64,000 nt of DNA from Chiloscyllium plagiosum (lineage: Eukaryota). The notes beneath the pieces are model-generated. The model saw only the letters and a program-made list of their open reading frames with translations. It did not search any database and was not told the DNA's origin. How positions within the stretch are numbered: the stretch's first letter is position 1; each line of letters opens with the position of its first letter. The translations under genes and the position numbers were made by a program. Positions 23,240 to 35,380 of this stretch are shown in pieces. The stretch is from NCBI RefSeq assembly GCF_004010195.1, contig NC_057718.1, positions 82,400,458-82,464,457 of the forward strand. The letters run 5' to 3'.

Positions 23240-24003
23240 CTTCCAAATTAACCTGTTGGACTATAACCTGGCGTTGTGTGATTTTTAATTTTTTCCATCC
23301 TAGTCCAACACCAGCTCCTCCAAATCTTAGTACATTATTATTTCTATGGTGCTTTGTTCTAAGATTATATTCAGGTACTGACTGAAAATCTTGTCATTCA
23401 CGTGTCCGGACTTTGATGAATTGTTATAAGCACATTTACAGTCTTCTCAGTCTTCCAGTCATCTGGAACTTTCTTTATCATATTTAGTAAATTGTTGCCA
23501 TCTGTGAGCTTGCAAATTGATGTCTCCTTGTTTTGAATTTCAATAGTGTTTTTAGGTGGATTGCTCGTTTATGCAAAATTTGAAGGTGAGGAGATAACTG
23601 TGTTGCAGATGTGGGGTTGGTTGAGTCGAAACTCTCAAAGGCACAATGATTTGGTGGAAATATTCCCTTGCCTAGGGCACTATGCAACAGACACAAGTGA
23701 CAAATGGGTTCCTGTCTCAAATGAGGATGCCTTCATTACAACCTTGTTAAATGCTAAGCATCGATAGCTATAATGACTGCTTTTAAAGTTAAACATAATT
23801 ACTATCCTTGTACACTCTTTATATGACACAGTTCATCACACATCAGTCAGCTAGATTTGAGGGTCTTTCAATTCTGCAGCTATCAAATATAAAGTCTTAT
23901 AATGCTGAAGTAGGAGTTATGGGCCTATTTCTCATTGTGGCATGTCATTTCCTCCCTTGTGTGCAACATTTCACAGATATTACAAGATATCTACCTTCTT
24001 TGA

Positions 24004-24212
24004 TTTGGAGATGCTGCTATTGGACTGGGGTGTGCAAAGTTAAAAATCACACAACACCAGGTTATAGTCCAACAGGTTTATTTGGAAGCACTAGCTTTTG
24101 GAGTGCCTCTCCCTCATCACAACCACCTGATGAAGGAGCAGCACTCCGAAAGCTAGTGCTTCCAATTAAACCTGTTGGACTATAACCTGGTGTTGTGTGA
24201 TTTTTAACTTTG
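24004..24212. mobile_element. PLE family B fold-back mini-element, second copy
   Basis: Inverted arms; intact hammerhead motif at 24124-24158 (+); approximate TSD taccttc(c)tttga. Confidence 0.85.
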
Positions 24213-24499
24213 TACCTTCCTTTGAATTATTATGTGCCTGACATTAAATAGCAATGCGGACAAAACTTCATTAACAGTCATTCTTGTGCTCTGTAACTAG
24301 TCTAATAAATGTTACTGGTCATTCTTTGGATCATTCAGTAAGTCTTCTCTTCATCTTCAGTTTTTCACAATTGAGTTACTGAACAATTTGCTCTTCTTTA
24401 GTTGTATGTCCACACCACAGCATTGATGCTGTTCCTTGAAAAGATGAGTGTTATCCTAACAGTCTTACCTTTCAAGTCCTCAGTCATGAGATAAGGGTG

Positions 24500-24701
24500 C
24501 TGAAAAATGTGTTGCTGGAAAAGTGCAGCAGGTCAGGCAACATCCAAGGAGTAGGAGAATCGATGTTTCGGGCATAAGCCCTTCTTCAGGAACCCGAAAT
24601 GCGATTCTCCTGCTCCTTGGATGCTGCCTGACCTGCTGCGCTTTTCCAGCAACACATTTGTCAACTCTGATCTCCAGCATCTGCAGTCCTCACTTTCTCC
24701 T
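24500..24701. mobile_element. PLE family A fold-back mini-element
   Basis: Inverted arms; CTGAAGA...GAAACATC on the minus strand (24557-24592); 14-bp TSD atg(a/g)gataagggtg. Confidence 0.85.
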
Positions 24702-24709
24702 ATGGGATA

Positions 24710-25015
24710 AGGGTGGCACAGCAGCTTGGTGGTTAGTACTGCTGCCTCACAGCGCCAGGGACCTGGGACCCCAGAATTCCGGGACCTTCAGATGACTGTC
24801 TGTGTGGAGTTTGCACGTTTCTGCGTGGGTTTCCTTTAGGTGCTGTGGTTTCCTCCCACAGTCCAAAGATGTGCAGGCTAGGTGGATTAGCCAGTGGAAA
24901 TGCAGGGTTATAGGGTAGGGAGGTGTGGGTCTGGGTGCAAACCCTTTTGGAGGGTTGGTGTGGAGCAGATGGCCCGAATGGTTTGCTTCCACACTATAGG
25001 GATTCTATGATGATT
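24710..25015 (+). mobile_element. HE1 SINE
   Basis: Family motifs. Confidence 0.9.
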
Positions 25016-25599
25016 CTATTATCAGGCAGAACTTTCTCAGCCTGCTGGATGCAGGTTCTTCAACATGTCGAGTCAGAATTCCAGGATCACCGTACCCTCT
25101 TCTGGCTTTCCGTGTCCTGAGTCCTATGTCAAATCTTCATGGGTCTAGTGGGAAAAGCAATTGAGGTCATGAAAAGAGAAATTTTTAATCTCAAATTCCT
25201 CTTTTTACCTCCAACAGCACACAGCTTCTATACTTATGTCATCACCTCACCAGGGTCACCTAAGTGAGTGTACAGTGGGAAGTGCTTCTTGATTGGCATT
25301 GACCAGGTCTGAACACTTCCATCAGTTCCACTGAAGAGCTCCAGCCCTTTACCAGGTAAGAGGCTGCTGATCAAAGCATTTCTATTAGATCTCTGATTTG
25401 CCTCACAATCTTCTTGGAAGTCACTTAAATTACTTAGATCCAGAAAGCTGCAAATGCATAAACATACATTTATATGTGTATGTGTATATGCGAATGTACA
25501 AGTATGTCGGAAAAGGGCAAAGCCATTTGGCCCCTCAGACACTTCTGCTGTTGAATTAGATCATGGGTGATTTATTCCTTACCTACCTGTCATAATAAA

Positions 25600-25940
25600 T
25601 GGAGAAACACAGTGGCTCAACAGTTAGCATTGCTGTCTCATAGCACCAGGGACCTTGCGTTTGATTCCACCCATTGGTGACATTCTGCGTTGAGTTTGTA
25701 CATTCTCCCTGTGTCTGTGTGGGTTACCTCCGGGTGCTCCAGCTTCCTCCCACGGTCCAGGTTAGGTGGATTGGCCATGCTAAATTGTCCATAGTTTCAA
25801 GGGATGTGTAGGTTAGATGGATTAGCCATGGGAAATGCAGGATTACAGAGATAGGGTGTGTCTGGGTGGGATGCTCTTTGGATGGTCAGTGCGGACTCGA
25901 TGGGCTGAATGGCCTGCTTCCATACTGTGGAGGTTCTATG
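25600..25940 (+). mobile_element. HE1 SINE
   Basis: Family motifs. Confidence 0.9.
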
Positions 25941-26619
25941 ATATAAAATAGATTTGGGTGATGCAATGAATTATAGATCAATCGTACAAATATTTATATG
26001 TGTTTGGTTAAAATATGCATCTATGTATATAGATGCTTTAAAACATTTGGATGTGCATTATTGCAGTGTGTATTATGCAACACCCAATGGTATTTCCTGA
26101 GGCAGTTTTCTATTAAGGTGTCAGGATATTTTCATTTTGTGCACTGGAATGTTTTTATTACCATGTTAATGATTTGGTGATGCTCTGAGAGTAAAGCAGT
26201 CACAGTGCAGGTATCACATCGCAGCCATTTTGTATGTAGCAAAAATCATTAACATCCTCCTAAAGGTTTTAAAAGCAAAATACTACAAATGCTGGAGATG
26301 TGAAACAATGAGGCTGAAACAAAATACCTAGGCTGAGCACTATCTATGGAGAGAAACAATGTTTCAGATCAATGATCTTTCATCTGAGCTTTGCCTTACT
26401 TGAGATATAGGAAGTTGATTTTGTGCAGCTCTTCAGCATACCATTTGGAAGAGTGAATCGGAGAGGACATGTAAATCTTCCCAAGGAGTGAGTAAGGGAT
26501 CAGAGTCTCCAAAGAGCATGGGCATTTCCTTCATTAGAGAGGCACAATTGGTTAGGTATAATTTTGAGAGAAAAGTGATGGAAGGTGTCATCAACGATGC
26601 TATCAAGCAGTAACTACTC

Positions 26620-28935
26620 GCTGATTGATTGATTGATTGTTGTCACGTGTACTGGGATACAGTGAAATGTCTTGTTTTGCATGCTATACAGGCAGATCGT
26701 ACCATAGAAAGTGCATCAGGGTAGCAGAACAGAGTATAGAATGTAGTGTTACAGCCACAGAGAAGGTACAGAGAGAGAAAGATCAAAATTAACATTTGAG
26801 AGGTCTGTTCAAAAGTCTGACAAAAGGGGGGAGGAAGCTGTTCTTGAATCTGTTTGTATGCATATTCAAAGTTTTATATCTTCTGCCCAACAGAAAAGGC
26901 TGGAAGAGAGTATTAATGGGATGGGACGGGTCTTTGATTATGTTGGTTGATTTCCCAAGGTATCAGGAAGTATAGGTGGAGTCAGTGGATGGAAGGTTGG
27001 TTTGCTTAAAGGACTGGGCTGTGTTGACAACTCTCTGTGGTTTATTGTGGTCTTGGGCAGAGCAGTTGCCATGCCACATTAGGATACTTTCTATGGTGCA
27101 TCTATAAAAATTAGTATGAGTTCTTGTGGACATGCGAAATTTCCTTACTCTCCTATGGAAGTAGAGATGTAGTGCTGCTTTCTTGATCCTAGCATTGACG
27201 TAGGTGGACCAGGACAGACTGTTAATGATCATCACTCTGAGGAACTTGACACTCTCAGCCATTTTTAGTTCAGCACCATTGATACAGACAGGGGCGTACC
27301 TTCCATTCTGCTTCCTGAAGCTCCTTCATTTTGGGACATTGATGGAGAGATGCAACCTTTACACTATACCAGTACAAGCACTCAATCTCTTTCCTGTATT
27401 CTGCCTCATCATTGTTTGAGTTCTGACCTACGACAGTATTGTTGTCAGCAAACTTGTAATTGAAGTTGGGCCGGAATTTGGCTACACAGTCATTGGTGCA
27501 TAAGGATGAGCAGCATAGTTGCTCAGTGGTTAGCACTGCTGCCTCCCGGTGCCAGAGACCCGGGTTCGATTCCCACCTCAAATGACTGTGTGGAATTTGC
27601 ACATTCTTTCTGTCTGCCCCAGAGGGCAGTGGAGGCCCAGTCTCTAGATTCATTTAAGAAAGAGTTGGATAGAGCTCTCAAGGATAGTGGAATCAAGGGT
27701 TATGGAGATAAGGCAGGAACAGGATACTGATTAAGGATGATCAGCCATGATCATATTGAATGGTGGTGCAGGCTTGAAGGGCACCTATTGTCTATTGTCT
27801 ATTGTCTGCGTGGATTTCCTCTGAATGCTCTAGTTTCCTCCCATAATCCAAAGATGTGCAGGTAAGGTGAATTGGCTGTGCTAAATTGCCCATAGGGTTC
27901 AGGGATGTGTAGGTTAGGTGCATTAGTCAGGGGTTAGGGTAGGAGAATGGGTGTGAGAGGGTTACTCGCATGGACTTGTTGAGCCAAATGGCCTGTTTCC
28001 ACACTGTAGGGATTCTATGATTATAGTAGGATATTGAGTAACATCTTTGCAGAGCACTGGTGTTGAAAATTATGATGGAGGAGGTGTGTCAACTATTCTT
28101 TCTGATTACCGTCTATGGGTCAGAAGTTTGAGGATCCAGTTACAGAGAAGGGGGCTGAGACCTAGGTCTCAGAGTTTAGAGATGAGTTTGTTTGGAACTA
28201 TGGGTGTTGAAGGCGGAGCTGTAGTCAATATGTAGGAGTCTGATGTAGGCATCCTTGTTATCCAGATGTTCCATGGATGAGAATAGGGCCAGGGAGCTGG
28301 CTTCTGCTGTGGACCTATTGTGCTAGAAAGCAAATTGCAAAGGATCAAGGCACATTAGGAGGCTGAAGTTGATGTGAGCTATGACTAACCTCTTGAAGCA
28401 CTTCATAATTATGACGGTCAGAGTCACTGGGCAGTAGTCATTGAGGCACGCTGCAAGATGTTTCTTTGGCACTGGGATAATGGTGGCCTTCTTGAAAGAG
28501 ATGGAGACGTTGGATCGTTGTAAGGAGAGGTTAAAGATGTCTGTGAATACTCCCACCAGCTGGTCCGCACAGGACTGAGTGCACGGCTTTCCATGGGTTC
28601 ACTCTCAAAAAGGCCGATCTAACAACTGCAGCAGTGACAGTGGGTACAGGTGCATCCGAGGCTGGTGGGACAGGTGACATAATTTCACTGCCTTTCTGTT
28701 CAAAGTGAGCATAGAATGCATCGAGAGCTCGTCGGGTAGGGATGTACTGTTGTGCACAATTCTGTTCGAAATCACTGGGCAATAGTCATTGAGGCAAGGC
28801 TTATGTCGTGTAAGCCTTGCCACAAATGGTAGCGTCCATGTGGTTGGTCTGGGTCTCAAGCTTAGTTTGGTATTGCCTCTTGGTACCTCTGATGGCTGGA
28901 TGAAGGTTGTACCTGGATTTCCTGTATAAGTCACC
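26620..28935 (-). mobile_element. Rex1/Babar-type LINE, decayed
   Basis: [70 protein letters not shown]; (gatt)n tail at 26623. Confidence 0.9.
27510..28020 (+). mobile_element. HE1 SINE nested in Rex1, itself split by a young CR1 3' end (about 27612-27806)
   Basis: HE1 V-domain broken by LPQRAVEAQSLDSFKKELDRAL and a (ctattgt)n tail. Confidence 0.85.
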
Positions 28936-28939
28936 AATG

Positions 28940-29300
28940 CTCAGTAGCAGAGTATGTACTATCTACAAGATGCTCTGCAGAAATTCACCCAAGATCCTTA
29001 GACTATCATTCAGAAGGACAAGGGCAGCAAACACATGGAAACACCAACATTTGCAAGTTCCCCTCAAAGCTACTCACCATCCAGACTTGGCAATATATTG
29101 CTGTTCCTTCAGTGTTGTTAGGTCAAAGTTCTGGTGTTCCTTTCCTACTGGTGTTGTGGGTCTACCTACAGCACATGGACCACAGCGATTGAAGAAGGCA
29201 GCTCACCACTATATTGTCAAGAGCAGCTAGGGGTGGGCAATAAATGCTGGCACAGCCATCGATGCCCACATCCCATGTCCCACAGGTGAATAAACAAAAA
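28940..29300 (+). mobile_element. Non-LTR retrotransposon 3' end (clade not assigned)
   Basis: VCTIYKML..RRTRAANTWKHQHLQVP..RLKKAAHHY*, gggcaataaatgctgg tail; similar pieces at 31330-31590 and 36780-36840. Confidence 0.75.
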
Positions 29301-29929
29301 ACCTCAAGCATTGGGTAAGGTGAGAAGGCAGGCATCCAGGCACCAGCATAGCCAGAATGGGATTGAACACACATTGTTGGCTGTATTCGACACCACACTT
29401 TAATCATCCAGCTAACTGAACTGACAGTGCAGGGAAGCGGCTAGTTTCAGAAACCACATATTGATAATTGTGCGCAGAACTCAGGCTGGAAGGCCGACAG
29501 CAGCTGAGTCACTGAATCCTGTGCCATTTCTAGATTTTCAGTAACTCCATCAGCAGATGAAGCGCCAAGGCATTTCCTTTACTCTCACAACCAGTGCTTT
29601 GAACCCAGCATCTTTTTGAACTTTATATCAGTTCTGACCACATTTCGTTATTGAGTTGAAGAACCCTCACAGTTCACTTAAAAGAAAGAAACATTAGGCC
29701 AGCTTTATTTTGTTGGTATTCAGGCTACAGATGTTAAAGCTTCTCATTTGGAGGTCACTTGATAGCATGAGGAAACCTGACCACAGGTTATTCAATCACA
29801 CTGTTTGCACCATTAACTTGTTTAGATTGAGAACGATTCCTGTATTTCAAGAGGCAGGAGGTAAACAAAGCACATGCTTATTGCCACTTAATTTTTCTTG
29901 AACAGGTTAATGACAGATCAGAAGTCTCT

Positions 29930-30085
29930 TCTGCTCTTGTCATTTGCCATTGGCATATGTTGGTAGGGTTTACTCAACCTGTTTGGTTGCACCTTCACAC
30001 ACCTTCCATTGCCATCAAGTCCTGGAGTGCAACTTGAACCCAGAGCTCCTGCCTCTGAAGCAGGGTCGCTAGCAACTGTGTCATA
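29930..30085 (-). mobile_element. tRNA-derived SINE fragment
   Basis: Minus-strand head gacacagttgctagc...gggttcaagt. Confidence 0.5.
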
Positions 30086-30869
30086 TGACTTCCATATCTT
30101 TGGCTGCATTTACTTAAAATGCCATAAATCAAGATTAATTTCCAATACTTGCCCGTAACTCAAACTATTAGCCACCCGCACTTGTTTGGGCCATCCCATA
30201 CACTGTAACTCCCTACCAGTTCACAAGGGGATGAGTCATTGGGAGGGGGTGATAGGTACAAGGGGTTGTGGGGAGAGGCTGGAAGCATTCAGAGAGAGCC
30301 ATGGTCATGGTGGGGATGATATGGAGAGGCCAGAGCAGGAGCTGATAAGAATCTCTGTCTCTACACTGGAACTAGGAGGAAGAATCCTACTCTGATCGAC
30401 TCCACATTCAAGTTAGGTTTTTTAGCAAAGTAATATTTTCAATGGCAGTAACTCTTGTTTCATCTGTGGGTTCTGACTGGCTCTTTCTCAGCCTTTACCA
30501 GTGTGAGGGGGGTAGAATGTACACATGTATATCATGTTGGATGCTCTGACATCTATCCTCTGCCTCCAAAGGTAACAGAGTGTCAGTCAGTTTCTAGTTC
30601 TCAACACTGTACATGAAAGACATATCAATGTGCTGTTCACTGATGAATGTTCTGGAACTAGTGGAAAGATTCCTTATTGATGCGTGCTCAGAACAACCCC
30701 CAAATGGGTATGATAGGAAGTGTGGAGTTACATTTTTAAAAATGTTCTGTGGTCACAAGAAAAGGGCCCTCTTAATGATGCTTGTCAGTGCATGCTCGTC
30801 CCTCCCTTACACAGAAATCTAAGACAGAACTGGATACTTTCAGGAGTTAAGTTTCAAGGGAGATGGTTC

Positions 30870-31105
30870 TGAAATAACTCCCCAGAGGTCAGTATCCCTT
30901 CACCAAGTCCTTCTTTATTGAGACGTGGAGAGTCCTTGACACTGATCCAGTTCCCTCAGAGCCAGCCTTCAAAGTGGACAGAACCTCTGACTCTCCGATT
31001 TATACTTGTCAGCCAGGGCTCCCCGATTTGATCAGATTAACAGCCCCAATCAGGGAGCTCATATTCTATGATGTCCACCTGGCTGACCTTGGTCCACTCA
31101 CTTTC
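30870..31105 (-). mobile_element. Gypsy solo LTR
   Basis: Reverse complement matches the LTR at 63613 and the solo LTR at 35381 (ccctggctgaca, ggatcagtgtcaaggact). Confidence 0.8.
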
Positions 31106-31667
31106 TGTTTATAGTTATTTGAATTGTGTTGCTGTGGCAACAGGGTTGCTGAGCAGCTGTGGATGTAACACTTTGAGTCACCCAGTTTGAGCACAGCCTT
31201 TAAGTAAAGCACAAGAGTGGTTTCTGTTTCACAAAAACACTTTGATTAATCCTGACTGTGTTGGCCAATTCATGAACTGTGCTGATATCATGTGGTTGAG
31301 GCCTATGTCTCAGTGGGTTTTCAGGTTTTCATTGTTTAAGGACAAGGGTGGCGGCCACATGGGAACATTGCCACCCACAGTTAGCCCTCCAGGCCACACA
31401 CCTTCTGGATTTGAAACCATCCTCAGTGTCGTTATGTCAAAATCCTGAATCCTGGATCTCGCTTCCTAACAGTATCGTGCACTTGCATGGCCTGGACTGC
31501 AGTGGCTCAATAAGGCAGATCACCATCACCTCCTGAAGGGCATTTGTGGGTGACCAACAAATGCTGCTTTCCCCCAGCAATGTCCACAATTTTCAAAAAA
31601 TGTCCTCTCTGGCACTGGGAAGATTTACAACCTATGACACCTTTACATGTTCAAACCTAATTGATAA

Positions 31668-31770
31668 GGTAAAAACAACGACTGCAGATGCTGGAAACCA
31701 GGTTCTGGATTAGTGGTGCTGGAAGAGCACAGCAGTTCAGGCAGCATCCAGCAAAAGCCCTTCATTTATT
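31668..31770 (-). mobile_element. PLE family A terminal fragment
   Basis: gactgcagatgctggaaacc end; 12-bp TSD cctaattgataa. Confidence 0.8.
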
Positions 31771-31879
31771 CCTAATTGATAATCATACCATGTCAAATTG
31801 ACAAAACCGACCCGAACCCACGACACCATTGCCAATTTTACACTGGCAGATTTACTTAACATATTTGCATCAGGCTTCC

Positions 31880-32360
31880 ATGGCATCATTTCCACTTGTA
31901 GGAGAAGCTAGAACTAAGGGGTGCAGTTTAAAAAATAAGGTTTCCCATTTAAAATGGAGAGGAGGAAAAATACTCTTTCCAAGCAGCATAAGCCTTTGGA
32001 ACTCTTACCCCCTGAGAATGGTGGAGGCAGAGTCATTGAATATTTTTAAGACAGAACTATATAGGACCTTGTCAAGATTCCTGATGAAGGGCTTTTGCGC
32101 GAAATGTCGATTTTTCCTGCTCCTCGGATGCTGCCTAACCTGCTGTGCTTTTCCAGCACCACTCTAATCTTGACTCTAATCTCCAGCATCTACAGTCCCC
32201 ACTTCTGCCGATGTAGAACCTTGACCAGTGAGAGTCAAAGACTATCGAGGGTATGCAGGAAACTGGATTGAGTTTGCAAACATGATCTTGTCAAATGGTG
32301 GTGTAAGTTCAAGAGGCCGCATGGCCTACCCGTGTTGCCAACTCATGTGTCTTATGTGCT
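31880..32360 (+). mobile_element. CR1 3' end interrupted by a PLE family A fragment (about 32077-32210) carrying a hammerhead motif
   Basis: LWNSYPLRMVEAESLNIFKTEL; attcCTGATGAagggcttttgcgcGAAATGTC at 32077-32108. Confidence 0.8.
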
Positions 32361-33036
32361 GTCTCATCCTATGTATAACAGGGAAACTGATTTCAGTTGA
32401 TTTTACTGCGTGGGTTTCCCAGGAGTTGGGAAAGCCAGCAATGAATTGGCACTGTGAATTTAACCAAAGTTTAAACTATGGTACAGATCAACTGTGATCA
32501 AATTGTACAGTGGAATGTATTCGAGTGACTGAGCGATCATTTTGTCCATAAAACCTCACCAGTCTGGAGAAGACTGGGTCAGTAATATGAGAATCCTGAA
32601 TAACTGCTGAACTGCCTTGTTCACCTTTTGGTGACTAAGTGTGAAACAAAACACTTTATCAAATCCGACTCATGTGTGGGCCTGGATTCCAGACTACATT
32701 TGTCTGCATTTCTGTTCCGAGATACTTGGCTGACACTTCACCTTCACAAAGCTCTCCTCAGTGTTGCCAATCCCTACTGAGTGTTCTGGGGAGCAAACGT
32801 CTTGGCAGAAGACAGTTCTATCTCCCAATCAAAACCAGGGAGGACTGACAAAAGCAATGGAAACCTTTTTAAATCAGATAGATGTAATTCATAATTGAAA
32901 AGATGCCTTTAAGACAATGAGGCCAACATCTATTATCAAAGGCTAGTTATGAGGAAAGTCATTAACCTGCAAGATTAACTCTGCCTCCCTCTCAATGCTA
33001 ATGCTGCCTTATCTGCAGATTTGCTTTTCTGGCATT

Positions 33037-35100
33037 AGAGTCATAGAGTCATAGAGATGTACAACAAGGAAACAGACCCTTTGGTCCAACCCGTCCATGC
33101 CGACCAGATATCCCAACCCAATCTAGTCCCAGCTGCCAGCACCTGGCTCATATCTCTCCAAACCCTTCCTATTCATATACCCATCCAAATGCCTCTTAAA
33201 TGTTGCAATTGTACCAGCCTCCACCACATCCTCTGGCAGCTCATTCCATATACGTACCACCCTCTGCGTGAAAAAGTTGCCCCTTAGGTCTCTTTTATAT
33301 CTTTCCCCTCTCACCCTAAACCTATGCCCTCCAGTTCTGGACTCCCCAACCCCAGGGAAAAGACTTTGCCTATTTACCCTATCCATGCCCCTCATAATTT
33401 TGTAAACCTCTATAAGGTCGCCCCTCAGCCTCTGGCGCTCCAGGGAAAACAGCCCCAGCCTGTTCAGCCTCTCCCTATAGCCCAAATCCTCCAACCCTGG
33501 CAACATCCTTGTGTATCCACGTTTATGTGTTTCAAGACATCCAGCACTTCCTCCTCTGTAATCTGGACATTTTGCAAGATGTCACCAACTATTTCCCTAT
33601 TCCCTATCTTCCATATCCTTTTCCACAGTAAATACTGATACAAAATACTCATTTAGTATCTCCCCCATTTTCTGTGGCTCCACACAAAGGCCGCCTTGCT
33701 GATCTTTGACAGGCCCCATTCTCTACCTAGTTACCCTTTTTGTCTTTAATGTATTTGTTAAAACTCTTTGGATTCTCCTTAACTGTATTTGCCAAAGCTA
33801 TCTCATGTTCCCCTTTTGCCCTCCTGATTTCCCTCTTAAGTATACTCCTACTTCCTTTATACTCTTCTTAGGATTCAGTTGATCTATCCTGTCTATACCT
33901 GACAAATGCTTCCTTCTTTTTCTTAACCAAACCCTCAATTTCTTTAGTCATCCACCATTCCCTGCACCTGCCAGCCTTTCCTTTCACCCTGACAGGAATA
34001 TACTTTCTCTGGATTCTCGTTACCTCATTCCTGAAGGCTTCCCATTTTCCAGCCGTCCCTTTACCTGTGAACATCTGCCCCTAATCAGCTTTCGAAAGTT
34101 CTTGCCTAATACCATCAAAATTAGCCTTTGTCCAATTTAGAACTTCAACTTTTAGATCCGGTCTATCCTTTTCCATGATTATTTTAAAATGAATAGAATT
34201 ATGGTCGCTGGCCCCAAAGTGCTTCCCCCACTGACACCTCAGTCACCTGCCCTGCCTTATTTCCCAAGAGTAAGTCAAGTTTTGCACCTTCTCTAGTAGG
34301 TACATCCACCTACTGAATCAGAAAATTGTCTTGTACGCACTTAAGAAATTTCTCTCCATCTAAACTTTTAACACTATGGCAGTCCCAGTCGATGTTTGGA
34401 AAGTTAAAATCCCCTACCGTCACTACCCTATTATTCTTACAGATAGCTGAGATCTCCTTACAAGTTTGTTTCTCAGTTTCCCTCTGAGTATTGGGGGTGT
34501 CTATAATACAATCCCAATAAGGTGATCATCCCTTTCTTATTCCTCAGTTCCACCCAAATAACTTCCCTGGATGTATTTCCGGGAATATCCTCCCTCAGTA
34601 CAGCTGTAATGCTATCCCTTATCAAAAACACCACTCCCCCTCCTGTCTTGCCTCCCTTTCTATCCTTCCTGTAGCATTTGTATCCTGGATCATTAAGCTG
34701 CCAGTCCTGCCCATCCCTGAGCCACGTTTCTGTAATTGCTATGAATCCCAGTCCCATGTTCCTAACCATGCCCTGAGTTCATCTGCCTTCCCTGTTAGGC
34801 CCCTTGCATTGAAACAAATGCAGTTTAATTTATTAGTCCTACCTTGTCCCTGCCTGCCCTGACTGTTTGACTCACTTCTGTTCTCAACTGTACCCGTCTC
34901 AGATTGATCTCTTTCCTCACTATCTCCCTGGGTCCCACCCCCCCACCTTACTAATTTAAATCCTCCCAAGCAGTTCTAGCAAATTTCCCTGCCAGTATAT
35001 TAGTCCCCTTCCAATTTAGATGCAATCCGTCCTTCTTGTACAGGTCACTTCTACCCCAAAAGAGATTCCAATGATCCAAAAATGTGAATCCTTCTCCCAG
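33037..35100 (-). mobile_element. Young HER1/CR1 LINE with the RT core deleted
   Basis: ORF2 start ICFNARGLTGKADEL, IAITETWL, intact C-terminus 33123-33506; junction near 33511 jumps over the RT motifs. Confidence 0.9.
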
Positions 35101-35151
35101 ACCACAATATTCATTTTCTATTTTCTATTCATAGTCAACCATCTCCCATTA

Positions 35152-35309
35152 CTGAACCACTTCGAATATCTGAACGAGACGGGTGGGGAGTATTTTGTTC
35201 ACTTAACTGATTGTTCAGATCGCGCATAATATTTTTATGGGGCCTTGAGATCTTGTTCAGATAATCTGAAATTTGGATAATTGATGTTTGGATAACCAAG
35301 GTTGTTCTG
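35152..35309. mobile_element. pogo/Tigger-type MITE
   Basis: TA-flanked imperfect TIRs; reverse complement of the MITE at 60832-61005 (shared ggtggggagtattttgttc). Confidence 0.7.
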
Positions 35310-35380
35310 TAAATGTAATTTAATGGTGCTGTAATTGTTAATATTTTGTGCAAATAGCTAACCAGCAAATCTTTGACTGT

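Larger units (their letters stand above)
23095..23324. mobile_element. PLE family B fold-back mini-element with hammerhead motifs on both strands
   Basis: Inverted arms of about 95 bp centred at 23192-23193; 11-bp TSD tcttagtacat (23084-23094 and 23325-23335). Confidence 0.85.

Noticed and set aside
23546..23767. 73-aa ORF or a 30-nt exon (ttttag|GGLLVYAKFE|gtgag), vaguely tetraspanin-like
   Set aside because: Too short, with no recognisable partner exons or convincing homology.
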